Source: Podarcis erhardii (Eukaryota). From it: 64,000 bases of DNA. The first letter of the stretch is position 1; every line of letters begins with the position of its first letter. The translations under genes were made by a program, and so were the position numbers. This document shows positions 51,821 to 64,000 of this stretch, one piece after another. The notes beneath the pieces were generated by a model. The model made no database searches. It was not told the DNA's origin and worked only from the letters and a program-made list of their open reading frames with translations. The stretch lies in the NCBI GenBank assembly GCA_964252035.1, contig OZ176206.1; one strand, given 5' to 3'.

Positions 51821-52018
51821 TCACATGGCAAAATCATGGTCTACAGTGAAAAATCAACCACAGCAGCTTTCGTTTTGAAAACGGAGGAAGCCTTTGTTAT
51901 TTTGAAGGAAACCCTCTGAAAGGGCACAAAAAATGAAGAATAATAAAGCTAAGTAACAAGAACTGCTTGGTCAAATTTACATCTTCTGGCTTTATTTTTC
52001 ATTGCTATGCTCCATTAC

Positions 52019-52179
52019 CTGCGAATACCATCCTTTTCCACCACTTCATAGGAAAGCTCAATGTTAGGGTAGCGGTTACAGAAGCGGGCCACATCAGCAA
52101 TTTGGGTATCAGAGAGCTGCAGCAGGGCGTTGCGGTCTTCGTCCTCCATTTCCATGATGTCGAATACACTCTCCACTCC
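52019..52179 (-). CDS. SNRNP200: SNRNP200 exon 42
   Basis: [53 protein letters not shown], 161 bp. Confidence 0.96.
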
Positions 52180-52285
52180 CTGCAAAAGGGCAGACATGGG
52201 ATAAGCCAGCCGGGGTGGCCAAGAAAGGAGCAGGTTGCTGGTGGTGGAACAACCTCCCCACCTCCCTGCCTGAGTCCGCTCTCAC

Positions 52286-52820
<535 letters not shown>

Positions 52821-53810
52821 TCAGCACACAGTAATGTTCTCTGACTATCTCTTAGCACCAAATGCAATCACACACACAATTTGCGGGAGCAAGACAGATT
52901 GGAACGCAAAGATCAGCACCTATCACCCAGAAAGGGAGGAGGCTTGAGATGCAGCATAAAAGACAGGCAACACTGCCATGCGGAGGACAAGTCTAGAGCT
53001 GGCAAAGATGTAGCCAGCAGGATGTAGAGGCCCTGCTAGCCACATTGGCCCACGGATCTACCATTTAGTGGTATAGGGATATATTTATTATTCAGTTTGA
53101 AAAGGTCATCACAGATTTCAGAATTTGAAACTACAGAAGTGAAAGTTCTCTACGAACGAAACAGAGGACAAAATGTACACAATGAATACAGACTGGGGAA
53201 CTTAAGTGCACATGCACAGCCCAGTAGGTTAACTGTATTTGGTTCTATAAACTTAGCTCTCAGCCACTGGAAATTTTACCACTTTTACATGCATAATATA
53301 TTTTTCCCAACAAGTACCAACTTCTATTTTGGTTTTAAGTTGTTGTTTTTTTAAAGCAGATCACACATTTAAAAAATATTTGCAACGCACATAAAGCAGA
53401 AAGAATTTTTCACAAATGAACCATCTCCACACAAAAATCTCTGTTCAGACAATAACAATTTCCCAATTCTTTAAAACCATGTTTGCTTATTTTTAAAATA
53501 TATATACATAAAAACCCCTCCTAAACAACTCAGTCTTCACCAACTTCACACAAGAAAGGCCTTAGGAGGGAACTCCTAGTTATGGAGCCCTGCTCTGTAT
53601 CCTCATGGATTTATCTCAGGCAGGTGGACGATAGAGCAGGATCAGGACCACTTGCCCTGCATCTAGCATCTAAATACTACTAACTTGGGTTAAATTATTG
53701 CTTCCAAATATATATATTTTTTAATGTTTTGCTAAACCAGAATTTGAGAAGGACTGGGGTCCTCTGCTCTTGGAGGGAAGCCAATGGGCTGTATAAAATT
53801 TCCCAAATCA

Positions 53811-54047
<237 letters not shown>

Positions 54048-54120
54048 TCAGACAACAAGCAACACACAGCATGCCATGCACAGGTACCATGATGTCCATA
54101 ACTCCCAGCACGCCCCTTAC

Positions 54121-54285
54121 CAATGGTGGTGTAGTTGATGTAGTAATAAGCTGCAATCATGCCCAAGTTCAAAGGCGCCACATCCATCTCATCCTCAATG
54201 CTGATACACTTGGACTGCTCAAGGTCACTAAGCGTCTGCTCCACCAACTCTGACAGGTGGTCACTGAGATGCCTGTGTGAAACTC
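54121..54285 (-). CDS. SNRNP200: SNRNP200 exon 38
   Basis: [54 protein letters not shown], 165 bp. Confidence 0.96.
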
Positions 54286-54507
54286 CTGAATAAAGAGACA
54301 AAGGAAGACAGATGCTGCACATCCACAGGGGCTGGAAACAATCTTTGTGTTTTATTACTTCAGAACCAGTACGACTTTGAGGAAGGACAGTGTGAAAACA
54401 TAAGAAATAATCCTTCTCCATTCCCCTCCCTCTTGTCCAAGTGTGTGGCAGGATAGAGGCACAAAGCAACAAAAACAGGGGCAGGGGTTGGGATTCGGCT
54501 TTCCCAC

Positions 54508-54697
54508 CTTGCAGGTTGTAGTAGTTGGGATTCTGGGTCATCCTGCGATACAAGAAGGTCCAGGTGAGATAGTCGACAGCATCCTGCTTGTTCTCAATGG
54601 TCTTGGTGACGATCTCAGCATTGAAGTGATCGTGCATGCAGTGGTCTAAATGAGACTCCACTGGCAGGGGCTCGTATAGGAACTTCTTGAAGAAATC
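54508..54697 (-). CDS. SNRNP200: SNRNP200 exon 37
   Basis: [30 protein letters not shown]...NPNYYNLQ, 190 bp. Confidence 0.96.
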
Positions 54698-54871
54698 CTT
54701 TGAGTGGGAGAACCAAAGTGGCATTTTTAGTGTGTCAAACAATTTACGAGTTTCATAAAGATCTCCACTCTGAACAAAGGAATACTCAAATCCAGACTGG
54801 AAGAGAAACTGTGCCTCAAGCAAACCTCATCCAGGGAACATATGGAAGAAATGTGATCCTAAATTTCTTCA

Positions 54872-55057
<186 letters not shown>

Positions 55058-55900
55058 CTATGTTAATAGAAGCAGAAGGCAAAAGGTTTAGAATTCTGTA
55101 GAGGGGAAACTTCTGCAATATGCATGTCATGACAAATTCCAGATTCAGTCTGACTGGCTGAAAGTTAAAAGGTCAGACTTACTCTAGTTAGTTCATTTTC
55201 TGCAAGGGATGGAGGAGATCCAATGGGTTGCTTCTCCTGCTCATCCATGGATCTCCCTCCTCCACTGCACCAAATCATCACATTCCCTTGTGAAGAAACC
55301 AGGGCAGGAGCTTGGAAAACTGAAGAGGCAAAAAATGCACAGGAATCTTCACCGAGGGCTGAGGGTTCCACTTAAAGAATGAAAGGCCCACTTCAATTCC
55401 TTCTGGCCTCTTATGAGGGTACCAGTACCTGGCCACGTATTTTCAGTTGCCCAAATCACAAGAACCAGCAATGTGTGTTGTTGATATGACTGTTTCAATC
55501 TGCAGAGGAATTAATACTTGGACTCTGGGTCAGATATTATATTCTGTAAACCATAGCCAAATTGCAGCTATTGATAAAGGTAATGCATGAGACACATGAA
55601 AACCCATTTTTTTCACATCAGTGTCACTCTAGGAGTAAGAAATGCACATCTGGTTGACCAGCTTCTAGACTATCCCAGTTGTGCCTGAGCAGCCAGGCTG
55701 AAACAAGGCCTATCTTAACAACAAAATCAAAACCAGCCCCAAATGAGATGCTCTCCTCTAGTGTCTGGAGTGAGCCTCCCTTTCCCTTTCACCACCCTGG
55801 GCTTCTTTTCCCAGTGGCTCTTACATTCCTCACTGCATAGCCCAGCAGTCCTCACCTTTCCCGTGGGCCCAGAACCCAGCAACCCAACTCCCTTCACTCA

Positions 55901-56035
<135 letters not shown>

Positions 56036-56689
56036 CTAGATGAGAACCAATTCACAGCCCAGCTGACTGTGGGGAAACAACACACATAGAAGCAGCGCGG
56101 AACAGTCAGCAGTTTGCAAAGTATGATTCAGACACCTAAGCCCTTTCATGACATTACCCGGTGTAGCAAAGAACACACATAGTTGAAGGGGTGGAGCCTG
56201 CCACCACAATGCCACCCCCTGACAATTCTACTATATCAGATTACATCTGAAAAAAATCTAGATTTCTAATTTCCTACAGGTCACCAAGAAACCTAATCAT
56301 ACACTGAGAATATTATTTAACAAAAGAGATTGTGTGCATAAAGGAAGATATGCAGGTTGCTTGATCTGCATCATAGGATGGCCAATTACTGAATTCTCAG
56401 GGGTGGCGAACTTGATTTTGCACACAAACTGAGTAGTTGATCGCCTTATTATTATTATTTATTGAATTTATATACCGCCCTATACCCGGAAGTCTCAAGG
56501 CAGTTCACAATATTGCTGGAAGAAATGCTTAGGAAGAAAAGCTTCTCAAATACAGAACACATGAGCTCAGGAAACACATACATAAGCATGAGAGGTGTAA
56601 CATAAAATGCTCAATATCTCCATTACTTTAAAATATTTTTTTCCCTTATGTATGAAACATTTCAACAGTGAGGCGGATGGTAAACCAGC

Positions 56690-57150
56690 AGAATCCCTAA
56701 TCTGTCCTGATTCCCCAGTGCCAGGAACACACACTCTAGATTCCCCCGACTGGACAGACAGCCTGGAGATAGAGAATCTCTATAGACCACAGTAACTCGC
56801 CCTCCCTGACCCTTGAGTTGGGCTGATGTTGCACTGAGCACCCAGGTGGGCACAGCTGGGTGAGACCAACTCCACCCTGTTCGCACACCCAGGTTTCAGT
56901 GATACATGCCAGATCAGCCTCCTCATCCATAATCAGATCATAGATGAGGGAGATTTTATTCTGGGTCGACCTGGCATTCAACAGCAGCAGTTGCAGACCC
57001 AAGGGTTGGCTGATATGACAACCACAATTCCCCAGGTTGGAGGACGGGCTGGCACACGGTATAGTCACCAATTGCCTGAGCCGCGTGCCCCTTACCTGGC
57101 CTGCCCCTCCTCCCACACCATACCTCCCCCTACCCAGAACCACTGTAATT
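56690..57150 (-). mobile_element. L2 ORF2 APE-endonuclease fragment
   Basis: LQLLLLNARSTQNKISLIYDLIMDEEADLACITETWV. Confidence 0.85.
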
Positions 57151-57483
57151 GCTCTCCTCTTGCTCTCCTCACTCCTCTCCTCCTAGGCACATCCCACAAA
57201 ATGCCCTTTACAACTCAGTTAAAAACAGTTAAAACACTAAAAAAAAAAAAGACATGGAAAACAATTTAAAATAAGTATCTTAAATAAATAAAAATCAACA
57301 ACCGGGAGCCTGATCTGACCTTTAGTCTTGTAGACGGCCATCCCTGATTTACATCTTAGTTACTACCCCTTGTGGGTTTTTGGAATTTCCCCCCTGAATA
57401 GACACATTTCTTTATGGTGCCTGATAATCCCTCATTTTCTAAATTGACCCATAAATCTGCAGTCTGCTTCCACCCCACTTTAC

Positions 57484-57635
57484 CTGAGCCAAAAAGCTGC
57501 TCCACAACTCTTCGCTCCATGGAGGTCAGTCCCTCATGCAGGTATCCCACCCCGTTCACCAGGGTCTCCTTCAAGGTGTTGTCGCTCAGCTTGTCCAAGT
57601 AGGGAGCCACATCCTTCTCAGTGCAGTGCAGGAAC
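57484..57635 (-). CDS. SNRNP200: SNRNP200 exon 34
   Basis: [50 protein letters not shown], 152 bp. Confidence 0.96.
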
Positions 57636-58392
57636 CTGGCAAGGAGCAACAAGCCAGACCAAAGTCAGGACAGCCGGCAGACCAAGACAAACTTCCTCCT
57701 TCAGTCAACAGCCTCCATCCTATCACCCAAGAGACTGGTGAAGGGTGAGCCCCTCCTGTCCCCAGAACCTTAAAAGCAGACGGGAACCATCAACTGTCAG
57801 TGACAGAGTTTCTCATCAACACTTCTCATTTCCCTCAACAGCTTTTGTAAAGCAATAATTCTGCTGCAGCAGATTTAATTTCTGGACAGAAAAGTAGCAA
57901 CTTGAGAAACTCATCTCTGCAAAATCCAGTCTACTTCCAACATCCTTTGCCCATGTTTGGCCCTCACAAACTTCATTACTTCCATATCATCTGCCCCAGA
58001 CTGAGCTAGATATCCTTCACCCCAGATCCTCCAGCACGTAGACATTAAGCACATACACATCCAGCCAAATACAAATTAAGTAAGTGAGCCCATCACACCC
58101 ATTCTTTCAGATTATTCATATCATTTCTTTGTATAAGAACAAGCACGAAGGAGGTTTCCCAGCCCACTCACAGGTCCTTATAATATCAGTGGAAACAGTT
58201 GGTCCTAGCAAGTGTTAACCACTTTCAATTTTAACCTTAGGGTTGTCATTTGCCCAGTTTTAATTTTAACTGTTATTTATTTGAATTAATTTTGGGATGC
58301 ATTTTAGTCAATTGATTGCTTGTTTTTATGCATATTGTATTATTTATATGATGTTAGCTGCTCTGAGCCCGGCTCTGGCCGGGGTACAAATA

Positions 58393-58434
<42 letters not shown>
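58393..58434. repeat. (ATT)n tail of an L2-type 3' end
   Basis: Follows tgttagctgctctgagcccggc; related antisense end at about 63915-64000. Confidence 0.85.
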
Positions 58435-58435
<1 letters not shown>

Positions 58436-58639
58436 GCCAAAGTCACTGAAAGATTGCAGAGGGAAGGCATTCTAAAGAGCAGGTTCCTCCTTATTCTACT
58501 CTAGTGTAGCTCCAGTGTCCTTTTATAGCTTCTTGCCCCTTCTCAATTACTGACAGAGGTACAATAAAAAGGAATCACACACAGGCTGCAAAATTCAGCT
58601 TCTCCTCTTGTATCATTAAGTTATCTGGAGCACAGATTA

Positions 58640-59301
<662 letters not shown>

Positions 59302-60467
59302 TCAAGCACACCTCTAGGTATTTTCATCAGCACTGATTTCATGTCGCTATCCGCTCCTCCTCCATCACCACTACTAGGATCTTCAGTTTCCAGCTCTATG
59401 CTCAACCATCCCACCTCCCTTCGATCTCTTAAGCAAACTGCAGAAGAATTCCAAGTGATTATATCTCAGTGCAACCAGTTAATGTGAACAGGTGATACAA
59501 TTAACAAGAGATCTCGGCAGGCTGTTTTTCATTTTGAGTATGCATAGATATGTAACTTGTATATAATTAATTGACTTTCTTTTTACAATGTTGAATATTG
59601 ATATATTGCTTTTGTTTTCAGATCCCTCAAAACATATTGAGCTGTTTTGAAAATAAAACCATAATTTGGCAGCACATTAATATATATGCTCCTTTGTTTT
59701 GGGGTTCACTTTGAATGCTCAATGGTTTTTGCATTTTCATGATACAACCACTAACATTAATACTTCAGTGTCCACCCTCTGGAAGGGAGATTTTGAGATG
59801 ATTGAAGGACCCTGACTTTGACTAGAGAGAGATGACAGCTCTACAGGAAAAGCCCACAATCTTCACATCCAGCTGGCACCTGCTATTGCCAACTGCTATC
59901 AACAATTACTAAAATTGACAATTTCAGTCATCATTTTTGATGCCCAACTGGTTCACTGGCAATATTTACTGCTCAGGGGAGGGTGGGAGAATTGAGTTTT
60001 GCATCCAAATGTCCCCATGTTTAATCCCTACTATTTCCAGGTAGGTCTGGGAAAAGCTCCCTTCCGAAAACCTCAAGAGCTGTTGTTAGATTGTACAGAA
60101 TGCTGAGATAGGTGGTTCAAATGCCTGCTGACAGAAGGTGTCTTCCTATCCCTGGGTAAGTTATCTTTGAAAACCATCAGCAATAAAATACATGGACCTG
60201 TTTGGATGCCTCGCATTCTGCTCAGCACACAACTGGCTGTGGGAGCTACTTCTAATTGCAGCCCCTCATGCTGCACAAGATGCTGGGAAGGAGGGATGCA
60301 ACGGATACAGATTTCTATCTCCTTCTGTTGCTGAGAACAAGACACTCCTCAGTACACAGGATACACAGCAGCTCTGCATGGGAAACCCTCCAAGAAAGAA
60401 AGGTCAGTGTCCTGTTTTCTCCCTCCGAGCCCCTTTGTGGTGGGCTGCATTCCCCCATGAGACTCAC

Positions 60468-60695
60468 CCCATTCTCACCACCAATGAGGTGCACTTCATC
60501 CACAATAAAGAGGTTGACGTTTTGCACATTCTTGCGCTGCTTCCAGCGCCGGGAAAGGATGTCCCATTTCTCAGGAGTGCTGATTATAATATTGCCTTTG
60601 CCCAACAGCTTCAGGTCAGTGCTGGTCTCCCCCGTCAGCAAGACAACTTTCTTGAGTAGGCGCTCTTGGAACTTCTCATACCAATCCAGGAAGAT
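60468..60695 (-). CDS. SNRNP200: SNRNP200 exon 31
   Basis: [13 protein letters not shown]...[14 protein letters not shown] (DEVH motif of the second helicase cassette), 228 bp. Confidence 0.96.
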
Positions 60696-60983
60696 CTTCC
60701 ATGGCAAAAGGAAGAGCAGACAATGTTCTTAACAGCCATCCTTCCAAGCACTCTCTTCCTCACACACACAAAGCACACCTTCTCTAGTTTTTCTAGCTTA
60801 CAACCAACCAAGTGATCATCCAGACTTATCCACATATATTCTGCAATGCTTTTATTCCATCTTTGCAGAATCTGAACTTCACTCACAAAGCAAAGAGAAT
60901 AAGGAGGACAATGGGGAAGTAGAGAGAGCTGTGTAAAATATACTTGAGTACTTGTCCCAGCTAAGGCCAACAGCTACCCCTCA

Positions 60984-61367
<384 letters not shown>

Positions 61368-62089
61368 CTAGATGTTTTGAACTGCAAATCCCATCAAATC
61401 CAGGCAACACAACTGGGGCCGATGGGAGCATCATAAGAATTCTAGAATGGTAGAGTTGGAAGGGACCCCAGGGGTCATCCAGTCCAACCCCCTGCAATGT
61501 AGGAATCTTTTGCTCACCATGGGGCTCAAACCCATAACTCTGAGATTAAAAGTCTCATGTTCTGCTGGCTGAGCTCAGAGGCTTGCTGGCTGGGGCTCAT
61601 GGGAGTTGCAGCTCAAACTATGTAGAGGGCACCAGTTTGGTGAATGTTGCTAGAAGTGTCAATATTTAAGAAAATAAGAAAAGCCTGCTGGATCAGGCCA
61701 ATGGTGCATCGTATTCAGCATCCTGTTCTCACAGTGGCCAAGCAGATGCTTGTGGGAAACTCACAAGTGAGATCCAAGCACAAAAGGACTCTCTTCCTGT
61801 GGCTTCCAGCAACTGGCATTCATCATGGCTAGTAGTGAACTTCCCCAGCAACAGACACAGCATCTGAATTTGTAACCACGTCTCAAACAAGCACCACATA
61901 CCAAAGTGATGTTCACAAGGCTGAATCCCCCAGCTATGTGATGGAATGTCCGACAATTAAGACTGCAGTTCTGAATTATGCCATTTTGTCTTGCATGCTC
62001 CAGGTTGTTGGCACCTAGTATATAATACTATGCAGCTTCCCCACCCCCTGCTAAGATGGTTCCTATTTTCTTGGCAGCCCTCCTCTTCA

Positions 62090-62476
<387 letters not shown>

Positions 62477-63066
62477 TTAGCAAATGTTCAACAGGATCCC
62501 AGGTTTGTCCCCTAAACCCTGGAACATCAGGGTCTTCATCTTTCTTTTGTACCTTCTGCACCCTGAGAAGCAGACTGCAAAGATACTTGCATACACACAG
62601 ATGCAGTCCAGGCACTCTCATGACAGTAGTTTGGGGTAGTAGACCGGTGGGGGTCTACTACCCCAAAGCCAATAATTAAATGTCCTATGCCAATTCTGTC
62701 ATTCAACAGAGGGAAGATTGGCCTCCAAGAGCTATGAAGCGTTTGGAACACAGGATGGAACAGAAAAAAATGCTTTAAGAACTTGGACTGAACAGCTTCT
62801 GTAGATCCAAGGTGAGCGTCTGTCCAAATCTGCACCCCACATAATAACTGTCCTAGGGCTTAGCTTAAAACACTTCAAGTGATGAAGATATATGATTGCC
62901 ACCTTTTGTATGGAAAAAGCATTTCCAAATTTTGGCACTCTACCTTTTCCTTCGTGTATTTCTGATGTGCTGCCCTGTTGACTGAAAATTTGGACCAATA
63001 TATTTAAAGACTTTAACTGGTTATCCATATACCTTCTGTGGGCCCTGTAGTGTCTTCAAGACTTTG

Positions 63067-63300
63067 TTACAGATAGGTAGCCGTGTTGGTCTGCCATGGT
63101 CAAAGCAAAATAAAAAAATTCCTTCCAGTAGCACCTTAAAGACCAACTGAGTTAGTTCTAGGTATGAGCTTTCGTGTGCATGCACACTTCTTCAGATATT
63201 CTTCAGGTATCTGAAGAAGTGTGCATGCACACGAAAGCTCATACCTAGAACTAACTCAGTTGGTCTTTAAGGTGCTACTGGAAGGAATTTTTTTATTTTG
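63067..63300. mobile_element. Penelope-like element terminal remnant (inverted duplication)
   Basis: 13-bp direct flanks CTTCAAGACTTTG (63054-63066, 63301-63313); 96-bp perfect inverted arms; hammerhead motif typical of PLE pseudo-LTRs. Confidence 0.75.
63205..63246 (+). ncRNA. Minimal type I hammerhead ribozyme motif
   Basis: AGGTAT-CTGAAGA-A-GTGTGC(AT)GCACAC-GAAA-GCTC-ATACCT: helix I 6 bp, full core, helix II 6 bp, palindromic AGCT helix III. Confidence 0.8.
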
Positions 63301-63309
63301 CTTCAAGAC

Positions 63310-63640
63310 TTTGGTAATTCACAGACAGCTGTTCCTTTTGGCCGTATCCTGAGAATGCCCTCGTCAATCTTCTTAGGCTGACTTTTGTTTGAGATATGAG
63401 TACCGTGCCATCAGCATATAGTAATAGATGGCTTTTGTGGCCAATTTATGGGCATGATACTCTGAGGGTGCATATATAAATTAAATAATGCAGGAGCTAG
63501 GATACAACCTTGCTTAACTCCCTTTGTAGCTGGTATGCAACCTGCGAGCTGCCCGTTTGTAGAGCAATGCACTTTCAGCATGGTATCTTTATGTAGACAT
63601 TTAACCAAGAAAAACAATCTTTTATGTATTCTCAAAGAAT
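63310..63640 (-). mobile_element. Degenerate RTE-like LINE RT fragment hosting the Penelope remnant
   Basis: TKGVKQGCILAPALFNLY and LLLYADGTVLISQT (YADD decayed to YADG). Confidence 0.75.
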
Positions 63641-64000
63641 TTGACTTATCCCACAGTCTTACTCAAGAGATTGATTTGAATGCAGCTTTCATGTCTAAGA
63701 AAGCTGCAAATAGCACACTCCCTGGTTTCTTAACATATTTATCTATAAAATGGGCTAGTACAAAGCAATGGTCTGTGCTGGATCTACCTTGTCTACTCTA
63801 GCTAGCATAGTATGATGCGGCCTTTCCAGAAAATTTTCAAGAGTTAGGGTAATATACATTGGGATATTTTCAGTTTGCAACATGAAAATTTCTGATGCCC
63901 TAAATAGTAACTTAATAATAATAATAATAATAAATTTTATTTATATCCCGCCCTCCCCAGCCGAAGCCGGGCTCAGGGCGTCTAACAACACTAAAACAGT

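Noticed and set aside
55173-55281. Candidate C/D snoRNA (GTGATGA...CTGA on - strand) in an SNRNP200 intron
   Set aside because: No terminal stem, no clear D'/C' boxes, no recognisable rRNA or snRNA guide, and atypical distance to the acceptor

Overview
Vertebrate genomic DNA from a squamate, most likely a lacertid lizard judging by Sauria SINEs, Squam3-like SINEs and CAGTGGTACCTC-type MITEs. It holds the syntenic block found at human 2q11.2: STARD7 (- strand; 8 coding exons plus a non-coding first exon in a CpG island near 21 kb), TMEM127 (- strand, complete), CIAO1 (+ strand, complete, 339 aa, head-to-head with TMEM127 on a shared CpG-island promoter), and the last 17 exons of SNRNP200 (- strand, convergent with CIAO1). 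All exon boundaries were read from the sequence; they are GT-AG and in phase. Introns are dense with transposons: L1, L2, CR1, RTE, SINEs, Tc1/mariner-pogo and hAT MITEs, a solo LTR and a Penelope-like remnant. Most notable observations: (1) a Penelope-like remnant in an SNRNP200 intron forming a perfect 96-bp inverted repeat, one arm of which carries a complete minimal type I hammerhead ribozyme; (2) a palindromic hAT MITE carrying two ZNF143/Staf-like motifs inserted beside the native ZNF143 site of the TMEM127/CIAO1 promoter; (3) an L1-in-L1-in-L2 nest with readable target-site duplications; (4) a MITE with a tandem array of hairpins; (5) a Sauria SINE flanked by an inverted copy of its own tail. 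No wholly new protein-coding gene or unknown system is supported. Repeat family names come from recognition of motifs, not from a database search.
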